DNA from: an uncultured Christensenellaceae bacterium
Lineage (GTDB): Bacteria; Bacillota; Clostridia; Christensenellales; SZUA-584
Length of the DNA: 64,000 nucleotides
NCBI GenBank assembly: GCA_964510055.1
Contig: CAZDZY010000002.1
Location: forward strand, 859-64,858
Direction of reading: 5' to 3'
Shown in pieces: positions 9,729-18,285 of this stretch (positions are counted from its first letter, which is position 1; every line of letters begins with the position of its first letter). The notes under the pieces are model-generated. The model did not search any database. It saw only the letters and a program-made list of their open reading frames with translations, and had not been told where the DNA came from. The translations under genes were made by a program, and so were the position numbers.

Positions 9729-10559
9729 ATGTACGATTTCGGATTCATAGGATTCGGCAGCATGGCTAAGATGCTCATACACAGCCTTACAGAGTTTTCA
9801 AAGGCGGGCCCCGGCAATATCTGCGCCACGCGCAAAGACAAAACAAAACTGCATGAGATAAGCGGTATGTTCCCGGGCGTTAAGACGTATGATACCTGCG
9901 GCGAGACGGCGAAAAACGCGCGTGTCGTTTTCTTGTGCGTAAAGCCCGCGGAAATAAAAGGCGTCTTGTCGGAAATAAAACCTTTTATCAAAAGCGATAC
10001 GCATATCGTTTCTCTCGCCGGAAGCGTTTCAATGGAGAATCTGGATTCGACTATTCACGGGAAAATATCGAAGCTGATACCGACGATAACATCAGAGGCC
10101 GGCGCCGGCGTATCGCTGTTATGCCATAATGCGAACGTTACGATCAGCGACGCGGAGCTTTTGGAAAAGCATATCAGTAAGCTGGGCAAAGTTAAGATAG
10201 TAAAAGACAGCGATCTCGGGTTCGCCGCGGAGCTTACAAGCTGCGCCCCCGGCTTTATAGCCTCGATATTCGGGCACTTCGCAAAAGCCGCTTCGCTGCA
10301 TACGTCTTCGTTCAGCCTTATGGAAATAAGCGAAATGGTCACGGAAACGCTCTTCGCCACGGCGAAACTCCTTGCGGAAACGGGCATGAGTTTTGAGGAT
10401 GTCGTCTCGCGGGTGGCTACGAAGGGCGGTATAACTCAGGAGGGGGTCACTGTCTTCAACGAGGCGCTGCCGCGCGTATTCGATGAAATGTTCAGAAAGA
10501 CCCTGGAAAAAAGGCGCCTTGTCACGGCGAAGATAAACGATGATTTCAAAAGCAGATAA
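9729..10559 (+). CDS. Pyrroline-5-carboxylate reductase family protein (ProC/ComER-like)
   Basis: 276 aa. N-terminal Rossmann motif FGFIGFGSMAKMLI and C-terminal ATKGGITQEG, which resembles the P5CR dimerisation-domain motif. Confidence 0.7.
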   Translation: MYDFGFIGFGSMAKMLIHSLTEFSKAGPGNICATRKDKTKLHEISGMFPGVKTYDTCGETAKNARVVFLCVKPAEIKGVLSEIKPFIKSDTHIVSLAGSVSMENLDSTIHGKISKLIPTITSEAGAGVSLLCHNANVTISDAELLEKHISKLGKVKIVKDSDLGFAAELTSCAPGFIASIFGHFAKAASLHTSSFSLMEISEMVTETLFATAKLLAETGMSFEDVVSRVATKGGITQEGVTVFNEALPRVFDEMFRKTLEKRRLVTAKINDDFKSR

Positions 10560-10569
10560 AGGGGCTAAG

Positions 10570-11094
10570 ATGAAAGAACGAAAAGGCTCTCCAATAGCGG
10601 CCGCGCAGGCGGCGCGCTGCCAGTTCGACTCATGCTATAAGATGCTCACCAAACTTGTGGAAGTATGCCCCGGCGATGTATGGTATGAATTCTTCAGCGG
10701 CGTCCCGTACTGGTATCAGGTATATCACGTAGTCTATTTTATAGACTACTGGTTCCGGGACGATTACGCAAAAGGCGATTTCATGTGCGTGCAGTACGAT
10801 AAACGCATCCCGCCGGAATTTGAGCATGACGTTGACAACAGCTTCGCCGTCTCAAAGGAAGATATCAAAAAATACCTTGAAAAGATACATATAAAGACCT
10901 CCCGCGTATTTGATTCGCTCACAAACGCTAAGCTCGGAGACTCCATTCTTATAGAAGACAACTATACATACCTCGACGTTATCATGGCGCAGACGCGCCA
11001 TATCATGTACAACATAGGCTACCTTAACGGCATACTGAGGAGCAAAGGGCTCGAGGAATCGGACTGGTGGGCATACAACGAAAAGGAAGAGTGA
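10570..11094 (+). CDS. Hypothetical protein, possibly DinB-like four-helix bundle
   Basis: 174 aa from the ATG at 10570 (AAAGGGG RBS). The His-containing helix AQTRHIMYNIGYLNG is weakly DinB-like. Confidence 0.4.
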   Translation: MKERKGSPIAAAQAARCQFDSCYKMLTKLVEVCPGDVWYEFFSGVPYWYQVYHVVYFIDYWFRDDYAKGDFMCVQYDKRIPPEFEHDVDNSFAVSKEDIKKYLEKIHIKTSRVFDSLTNAKLGDSILIEDNYTYLDVIMAQTRHIMYNIGYLNGILRSKGLEESDWWAYNEKEE

Positions 11095-11366
11095 ACTCTC
11101 CGGATAACAGTCATATCAGTAAATACAGACAGCAATCCTAGCATCTGCCTATAACTGCTTTTTGTTGACACGATTACTTTCCCATGGTAAATTAAACATA
11201 AACTTTGTCGAATGATATAGTAAAATATCATATCCGGATATAGTTAGTAATTTTGCTGTATCTCTCTTTTTATGTACATCTATGTTTCAGCTCAGTTCAA
11301 TCATTATTGCAGGGCGCTTATGTTTGCGCTGCAGGGACCAATATTAGTTTAAGCGGAGGTAAGAAA

Positions 11367-14090
11367 ATGAAAAAGTTCATTGCATTGTTACTATCGTTTA
11401 TCATGGTATTCTCGTTGATACCATCGATCGCGCTGGCGGAAGGCGACCCAACGCCGACGCCTGAGCCAACACCGACGGGAACGCCGATACCTGCTCCTTC
11501 GGGAACGCTAGTATCTACTACTGACCCTTATACAGAGAACGGTACGACCTATAAGACAGAAAGATGGAATGATAGCGGAACTTTGTGGGATTATTATTTT
11601 GAGAATGATATTATAGTTAGCAGACTTCAGGTTGAGCCTGATTACGACGAAACCCGTAATTTACTTGATCATGTTGTACATGTCGATTTTTACATGACAA
11701 ATTCAGAACATTTAACTGTTGTTTACATTGATGGTAATTACAGCGAAATACAAATAACATACGCTCCTCCGGATATACGTAACGGAGAGCTTCCCAGGGG
11801 ATGGGGATCTGAGGCCTATGACCCTACCTGCGGAGGCTCATTGGAACAAGAATATAATGATCCGGAAAGAACGAATAATGGTTTAGGGCCCAGTGTTACT
11901 ATTCCCGGTTTTGTCGGTGATTATCGTTATCTTGGTTCCATAACAGATGGGTATACCGCTGATATATATAGAAATGATCAAATTATTTGTTTCTATGGCG
12001 GGGAGGCACGTTATGTTAAATGGACTGAAGGTGATACAATAGGCCTTATACTTTGTGGTTTATCTTGGGTTGTCCCCGGTGCCAAAGGGATGGAATTGCT
12101 TGCATTGGTGGTAAATGTTGCTAATACTATTTTTACGGGGAGCCAGCTGTTGGCAAAAGAGGATAATGCGATATTCCTTGATTTAATATACTTCCGTTAT
12201 GATTATGTAGTTGTTTATCCTGAAGGAACTATTAAAGGATACCAAAGACTGGACGGATATTTTTACCAACAAAAATATGGATCCGACTTTTATGAATTGA
12301 GGACGCGAGATTTATTTCATATACATCATGATGGCACAATATTAAAAATCGGCGGAGTCAATAATGAAGGAGAAGATTGGGGAATCAGTATACCTGACTC
12401 TATAAGTTTTCTTCTTAACATATTGGATATCTATGGTTTTCATAATGAGACATATACAGATGATAATGACTGCTATTGTAATTATTGTAATACTCCCAGG
12501 CATATATATAATAATCCTTGTACAGATACAGTATGCGCACGATGCGGTGCACCAAGAACAGCTCCCGACCACGACTGGGTTTGGTTTCCGGCAGAGATAT
12601 GGGGCGGCTCGCCTTACATTAAAATAGGCGACGGGCATAAGCAGGTATGCAGTGTATGCGAATCTGTACAGCATGAAGAACTGCATAATAATGATGATGG
12701 TATATGGGGCGTTGATCAAGATACTATTTATGAGCTCGGCCTCTGTGATGATTGCGGCGCGCATATGCAGCGGATGCATGACTACTATTCATATTGGTAT
12801 GATCCTGATTATACATGTACGAATGGCGGCACGTGGGTAACGGATTGCCAAAATAATTGCGGTTATGTGGATTCCGTTCTAGTTTTTGACCATTCTTATT
12901 CAAACATCTGCGACGAGATCTGCGACAGGTGCCTGCAGAAGACCCGAACCGTGCTGCACAGCTATACGAACTGCGCAGATATCAACTGCAACCTCTGCGA
13001 CGCGGTTAGGACACTGCCGCCGGGTTACCAGGAATTAGACGGGCACGTATATCTTAACTGCGAAGACCTGACATGCCAAAGCTGTGAACATGAACGGCTG
13101 GACCCTGTTCACTTGCTCACGGATGTACCACTCTGGTTAACCGTTAATAAACCTAATGTATGCCAGGAATTTACCCTGCACTGCGCGAGACCGGGCTGCA
13201 CATACTCGGATGTTCAGGATACCAGAGGCCATTCCTATGCTGATTGCGCGGACGCCGATTGCGACACCATCGGCTGCAACCAGGGCAGGGGCACGGTACC
13301 GGGCACCCAATTTGATATTAACGGGCATGTGTATGATGATTGCGAAGACCCCACGTGCAACAGGGATACGTGCGGTTTTGTAAGGACTACGACCGGCCAC
13401 TACTATGGCGGCGCACCCTACTTGTTTACCATAAAGACGGAAGCTGTATGCCAGGAGCGAAGAATGGATTGCACGATACCAGGCTGCAGCCACTATGAAC
13501 CTTTGGAGACCTTAGGCCATACATATACCAACCCGTGCACAGATACGGAATGCGCATTATGCCATACACCAAGGATAGCTCCCGGCCATGCCTATAACCC
13601 CTGGCAATCCATTGGGCCTTCCGAGCACAGGCGTGCATGCACCATATGCTTTGTCACGCAGGATGGTAACCACAGCTATGACAACTGCGCGGACGGATAC
13701 TGTAACGACTGTACTTTTGACAGGGGCGCGTTGTCGGGTTATCAGTACGGCGGGCATGTATTCAGCAGTTATTGCAGCGGCGCCACATGCTTAAGATCAG
13801 GGTGCGGCGCGAAAAGGACGGCGCCCGGCCATAACTACCAGACTGTTTATGTCAAGATACACACGGCCGAAAGATGCCGGAAGGTGGTCAGGACCTGCAC
13901 CATCTGCGGCTATTCATATTACTATTATGATACCAGCCATTCCCGCTACGGTTCCTGGACAAGGACGTCTACCAAACATTCGCGGACATGCGCTGACTGC
14001 ACCTATGTGCAAAGCGGATCCCACAGCTTTACCTATATCGGTTCCGGCATTTTGCAATGCACTATATGCGGGTATCAAAAATCGGCCTAG
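11367..14090 (+). CDS. Secreted Cys/His-rich repeat protein A
   Basis: GGAGG RBS. Signal peptide MKKFIALLLSFIMVFSLIPSIALA, a Pro/Thr linker, a ~380-aa unique domain, then many H-x-Y-x(2,3)-C-x-D-x(2)-C-x(2,3)-C-x(3)-R modules and H...C-x6-C-x4-C...GH modules. No anchor motif. Confidence 0.8.
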   Translation: MKKFIALLLSFIMVFSLIPSIALAEGDPTPTPEPTPTGTPIPAPSGTLVSTTDPYTENGTTYKTERWNDSGTLWDYYFENDIIVSRLQVEPDYDETRNLLDHVVHVDFYMTNSEHLTVVYIDGNYSEIQITYAPPDIRNGELPRGWGSEAYDPTCGGSLEQEYNDPERTNNGLGPSVTIPGFVGDYRYLGSITDGYTADIYRNDQIICFYGGEARYVKWTEGDTIGLILCGLSWVVPGAKGMELLALVVNVANTIFTGSQLLAKEDNAIFLDLIYFRYDYVVVYPEGTIKGYQRLDGYFYQQKYGSDFYELRTRDLFHIHHDGTILKIGGVNNEGEDWGISIPDSISFLLNILDIYGFHNETYTDDNDCYCNYCNTPRHIYNNPCTDTVCARCGAPRTAPDHDWVWFPAEIWGGSPYIKIGDGHKQVCSVCESVQHEELHNNDDGIWGVDQDTIYELGLCDDCGAHMQRMHDYYSYWYDPDYTCTNGGTWVTDCQNNCGYVDSVLVFDHSYSNICDEICDRCLQKTRTVLHSYTNCADINCNLCDAVRTLPPGYQELDGHVYLNCEDLTCQSCEHERLDPVHLLTDVPLWLTVNKPNVCQEFTLHCARPGCTYSDVQDTRGHSYADCADADCDTIGCNQGRGTVPGTQFDINGHVYDDCEDPTCNRDTCGFVRTTTGHYYGGAPYLFTIKTEAVCQERRMDCTIPGCSHYEPLETLGHTYTNPCTDTECALCHTPRIAPGHAYNPWQSIGPSEHRRACTICFVTQDGNHSYDNCADGYCNDCTFDRGALSGYQYGGHVFSSYCSGATCLRSGCGAKRTAPGHNYQTVYVKIHTAERCRKVVRTCTICGYSYYYYDTSHSRYGSWTRTSTKHSRTCADCTYVQSGSHSFTYIGSGILQCTICGYQKSA

Positions 14091-14146
14091 CAGCAGCTTA
14101 AAGGGATGACTTAGGCAAAGGCCGCCCGGCAGGGCGGCCTTCATGG

Positions 14147-14173
14147 AGAGCCGCACGTAAGTGCGGCTCTTTT
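14147..14173 (+). terminator. Rho-independent terminator after Cys-rich gene A
   Basis: AGAGCCGCAC-GTAA-GTGCGGCTCT followed by TTTT. It is preceded by a second 10-bp hairpin, AAGGCCGCCC-GGCA-GGGCGGCCTT (14118-14141). Confidence 0.75.
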
Positions 14174-14396
14174 ACTGTCAATAAGGCCAAAAATCACCCT
14201 TTTCGGGTGAGGCTTTTATTAGTGTTATGTACTATTATAATTCAAAGTTTGTCGAATAATTGATTATTTACTTATGTAGTAAATTTCATTATATATCCGG
14301 GTTTATTAAGTTGTATTTTTAGCCTCATTGAATAATACCGGCAATTATCCCGTCATATCGGGATTTGCATATTAATTTTATATGGAGGATAAACAC

Positions 14397-17267
14397 ATGA
14401 AGAAGTTTGTAGCATTGGTGTTATCGTTTATCATGGTATTCTCGCTGATACCATCGATCGTGCTGGCGGAAGACGATCTTTGCCCGGGTGAGAATTGTGC
14501 GTTTTACACTGAGTTTACTGATCCTAGTTGGAGTGTTCCGATTCATGGCGATTTCGATGTAACGGGTCAAAAAATGCATAAAGTTGCCGGAGTGAATGGG
14601 GACTCAGTTAAAATGTTTGAATATGATAGCACTGGGAACCGTACTGAACATATTATAGAGAGCATTGATGTAGATGATGGGCCAGTTGAAAATAGCTCTA
14701 TTATAAAAATTTATTATGCGCCGAATAAAGTAGAATTTTACGCTAAATATGATCTAAGAATGATATACATAGGAAGTGGCGATGCTGATCAACCCACTCA
14801 AATCTTACAGTATGAAGGTGCATGTGAAACTTGGATAAACGATAAAGTAGGAGATAAAGCAGATTTATGGATATATATAGATAATGTCTATAATACTTTA
14901 AATAGTAACAGTGGTAATTACGGAAATGAATTTGAGGCCTTTCCTCCGATCACCATGTCACATATTGGGTCAAGCACTCCCGCGGTGGCGTGTACAAAAG
15001 CACGGTTGGATGGAAATGGAAGGCCGCGCATAACGTATATTGGCAGTGGTACAACAGTGAATTGGCAAATTAGCGGTTCAGATATTGCGCAATTTTTTAT
15101 CAATTGTTTTTCAGAAACGCCGTTGGGAGCCATAACTCAGCAAATCGTTTGGATGGCTGTGGGCTATGCTATCGCTGAGCGTGATGAGGAACCAATATAC
15201 AGAGTTTACTATGTTGATTACTATCTTTTCATTCAAAAACTAAAATCTCTGCCCCCCTTGGAATTCGATAACGATTTTTCTGGCATAGGAATCGATTACT
15301 TCTCTCTAGGTCCCGTTGGATATTCTGGATGGGGTGGGCATGTTGAGTGTGGGGATTTTTTAAGAGGTGCACCCGGCGATAATTCGGTACGCGGTTGGAC
15401 GTGCATTGATCTACCTGATTTGGATGACGGCATTAATCATAATACGGATCAAGGAACGAAGGATGCGTACTTGAAGCAGCAAGTCGAACAAAGGCATCCG
15501 CACACATTTCCGGGCGAATACAATGCGCTTTGTTCGATGATATGCCCCGACTGCGGCTTCGGACGCAGAGACTGGCCTAATAATGGCCATCCTACATGCT
15601 GGATGCATGCTAAAGATCAATACGAGCAATGGAAACATGTAAAGATCGACGTAGAGTGTGACATTCCAATACTAGATTGGAATGATTCATATTCTTTTAG
15701 TACCACTAGACTGGATTGCAATTGCACAGATACTGGCAGATTTGCGGCTGATCCCAACCATATTTATACGAGTTGCGCGGACAGCATATGCGACTGCGGC
15801 TTTGAGAGAGTCCTGCCGGGCATCCCCAATTCAGACGGGCATGTGTACGATGGCTGCGAGGATATAGACTGCAACAGTATAGGGTGTACCCATGTAAGGG
15901 GCGGGTTCAACCACATCATGAGCGTACCTTACTGGTATAACGCAGAATCGCCTACGGATAATTTGTGCCAGGAATTTGAAAACTACTGCACGAGAGAGGG
16001 CTGCGATTTCACTCTGGTTTCGATGACCAGAGGCCATATCTTTACGGATTGCGAAAACCCCGTATGCAGCAGAGCAGGGTGTGGTTACGTAGGGACTCCG
16101 CTCGTACACTCCATGAGCGTACCCTACTGGTATAACGTAGAATCACCTACGGATAACGTATGCCAGAAATATGAGAATTACTGCACGAGAGAGAACTGCG
16201 AGTACACCCTGGTTTCAATGACCAGAGGCCATTCCTATGCTGATTGCAAGGCCGATGCCTGCGACCGCAGCGGATGTACCTATAACAGGGGCACAGTACC
16301 GGGCGATCAATCTGATGCTTACGGGCATGTGTATGATGACTGCGACGACACCATATGCAACAGGTGCGATTTTGAAAGGGATCCGGCCGCCCACAGCATG
16401 AGCGTACCTTACTGGTATAACGTAGAGTCGCCTACGGCTGATGTATGCCAGAAATATGAAAACTACTGCATGAGAGAGGGCTGCGATTACACTCTGGTTT
16501 CAATGACCAGGGGCCATTCCTATGCGGATTGCCAGATCGGCGCCTGCGACCGCAGCGGATGCACCTATAACAGGGGTACGGCAGCGGGTACCGTGCAGGA
16601 TGGCGGGCATGTGTATAGTGATACCTGCACGGCTACCACATGCAACAGAGATACGTGCGGTTTTGAAAGGACTGCGCCCGGCCACAGCATGAGCGTACCT
16701 TACTGGTATAACGTGGCGTCGCCTACGTCCAGCCTATGCCAGAAATATGAAAACTACTGTACGAAAGAGGGCTGCAGCTATACCCTGGTTTCAAATACCA
16801 GAGGGCATTCCTATGCGGATTGCGCGGACCGCAGCTGCGGCCGCACCGGGTGCGGCTATACCAGGGGCGCGGTGTCGGGCTACCTGCAGAGCGGGCACGT
16901 GTACAGTAATTATTGCACGGCTACCAATTGCAAAAGGTGCGGTTATGACAGGACCGCCCCCGGCCACTCCTATAACGTGCCTTACTGGTATAACGTAAAA
17001 TCGGCCAGCGTTTGCCGGGAATACAGAAATTACTGCACGAGAACAGCCTGCAGCAACTATATAGTTGTACAGAGAGATACCACCCATTCGTACACCTATA
17101 AATGGGTCAATGTGGGAAAGGCCAGCACATGCCGAAAGTATGTCGGGACATGTTCCTCCTGCGGTTATTCCTATGTGTCCTCTTATGACTACACCCATAA
17201 TCTGGTCTACATTACCAGCGGCATATACCGGTGCACCTCATGCACCTATACGGGGCCTTACGTTTAA
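14397..17267 (+). CDS. Secreted Cys/His-rich repeat protein B (paralogue of A)
   Basis: Signal peptide MKKFVALVLSFIMVFSLIPSIVLA is nearly identical to that of A. Different N-terminal domain. Five copies of H-S-M-SVPYWYNVESPT-x3-CQKYENYCTREGC-x-YTLVSMTRGH alternate with HxYxDC...C..C...R modules. Confidence 0.8.
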   Translation: MKKFVALVLSFIMVFSLIPSIVLAEDDLCPGENCAFYTEFTDPSWSVPIHGDFDVTGQKMHKVAGVNGDSVKMFEYDSTGNRTEHIIESIDVDDGPVENSSIIKIYYAPNKVEFYAKYDLRMIYIGSGDADQPTQILQYEGACETWINDKVGDKADLWIYIDNVYNTLNSNSGNYGNEFEAFPPITMSHIGSSTPAVACTKARLDGNGRPRITYIGSGTTVNWQISGSDIAQFFINCFSETPLGAITQQIVWMAVGYAIAERDEEPIYRVYYVDYYLFIQKLKSLPPLEFDNDFSGIGIDYFSLGPVGYSGWGGHVECGDFLRGAPGDNSVRGWTCIDLPDLDDGINHNTDQGTKDAYLKQQVEQRHPHTFPGEYNALCSMICPDCGFGRRDWPNNGHPTCWMHAKDQYEQWKHVKIDVECDIPILDWNDSYSFSTTRLDCNCTDTGRFAADPNHIYTSCADSICDCGFERVLPGIPNSDGHVYDGCEDIDCNSIGCTHVRGGFNHIMSVPYWYNAESPTDNLCQEFENYCTREGCDFTLVSMTRGHIFTDCENPVCSRAGCGYVGTPLVHSMSVPYWYNVESPTDNVCQKYENYCTRENCEYTLVSMTRGHSYADCKADACDRSGCTYNRGTVPGDQSDAYGHVYDDCDDTICNRCDFERDPAAHSMSVPYWYNVESPTADVCQKYENYCMREGCDYTLVSMTRGHSYADCQIGACDRSGCTYNRGTAAGTVQDGGHVYSDTCTATTCNRDTCGFERTAPGHSMSVPYWYNVASPTSSLCQKYENYCTKEGCSYTLVSNTRGHSYADCADRSCGRTGCGYTRGAVSGYLQSGHVYSNYCTATNCKRCGYDRTAPGHSYNVPYWYNVKSASVCREYRNYCTRTACSNYIVVQRDTTHSYTYKWVNVGKASTCRKYVGTCSSCGYSYVSSYDYTHNLVYITSGIYRCTSCTYTGPYV

Positions 17268-17315
17268 TTGTATAGCAGCTCCCGCACTGCCATAGAAGAA
17301 TACTGAATATTACCT

Positions 17316-17345
17316 AAAAAGCCGCACGCAAGTGCGGCTTTTTCT
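17316..17345 (+). terminator. Rho-independent terminator after Cys-rich gene B
   Basis: AAAAAGCCGCAC-GCAA-GTGCGGCTTTTT. The stem core GCCGCAC/GTGCGGC is the same as in the terminator at 14147. Confidence 0.8.
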
Positions 17346-17380
17346 TGTCTAAATATTTATACATTTTTTCTAAATACCTG

Positions 17381-17409
17381 TTGACAAATGGAAATAACGG
17401 CAGTAATAT
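17381..17409 (+). promoter_or_regulatory. Sigma-A-type promoter of the PadR operon
   Basis: TTGACA (17381-86), 17-nt spacer, TAATAT (17404-09). It leaves a ~115-nt leader before the ATG at 17530. Confidence 0.55.
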
Positions 17410-17529
17410 TACTCCATCAGATAGTACTCTATCTCGCAGTGCACTGCGTTTCAGAGCACTGTCTGAAAGAGTACAATGAGTTGTTCCCGGAAACTTTGTT
17501 TTCCGGGTGCTTGAAAGAAAGGTGAGAGT

Positions 17530-17865
17530 ATGATCAGCAGCGATATTATCAGAGGTCACCTTGACCCGATCATCCTGCGCCTGATACTTGAAAAAGACCG
17601 GTACGGGTACGAGATCAGCAAAGAGATAAGCGCCCGCACGCAAGACCGCTTCCAGATCAAAGAGGCCACGCTTTACGCGGTGTTCCAGCGCCTCGAGAAG
17701 AAGAGCCTTATAAGCTCGTATGAAGGCGACGTTTCCCTGGGCGGCAAGCGGAGGTACTACAGCGTAACGCCATTGGGGCGCGCGTTTTTCCGGGAAGAAG
17801 TAGAGGAATGGCGCAAGACTAAAGAGATCATCGATATTTTTATGGAATTGGAGGAGCAAAAATGA
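17530..17865 (+). CDS. PadR family transcriptional regulator
   Basis: 111 aa. LDPIILRLILEKDRYGYEISKEI...EATLYAVFQRLEKKSLI...RRYYSVTPLG is the classic PadR winged helix. Confidence 0.85.
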   Translation: MISSDIIRGHLDPIILRLILEKDRYGYEISKEISARTQDRFQIKEATLYAVFQRLEKKSLISSYEGDVSLGGKRRYYSVTPLGRAFFREEVEEWRKTKEIIDIFMELEEQK

Positions 17866-18272
17866 AATCTATTCAGGAGCATGTGGATTCGCTGTTCCGG
17901 GATATACCCGACAGCGAGCGCAAGGAGTCTCTTAAAAGAGAGATCGTCGCTAACCTTCAGGAAAAGGTGAACGACCTTATGGCAAAGGGCAAAGAGGAAG
18001 AGGACGCTATAAACCGCGCAATAGTGGAGTTTGGGGATATAAGCGACATACGTGACGAGCTTCGAAACCAGCAGCTGCTGCCTCTTAAAAAGAGCAGCGC
18101 CGGTATACAGCTCGGGTTCTCTATAGTGGGCAGCCTGCTCATTATGGCTCTGGTGATTTTTATCAACCTGTATGTTGCGCCTGGCTTCCTTTGGTGCGTA
18201 TTCCCGATATTCGGGGTGATGTGGTGGCCGCTCGCTATGTTTTTCCGCTGGCTCAAGTACAGGAAGCAGTAA
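17862..18272 (+). CDS. HAAS/DUF1700-like signalling protein with C-terminal 2TM anchor
   Basis: ATGA overlap with the padR stop. N-terminal helical region (IQEHVDSLFRDIPDSERKESLKREIVANLQEKVNDLMAKG...AINRAIVEFGDI). C-terminal hairpin SLLIMALVIFINLYVAPGFLWCVFPIFGVMWWPLAMFF. Confidence 0.6.
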   Translation: MKSIQEHVDSLFRDIPDSERKESLKREIVANLQEKVNDLMAKGKEEEDAINRAIVEFGDISDIRDELRNQQLLPLKKSSAGIQLGFSIVGSLLIMALVIFINLYVAPGFLWCVFPIFGVMWWPLAMFFRWLKYRKQ

Positions 18273-18285
18273 AGGGGGCAAAACG

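Noticed and set aside
17314-17859. 181-aa minus-strand ORF
   Set aside because: It is antisense to padR and its promoter/leader. PadR on the plus strand has a textbook winged-helix sequence.
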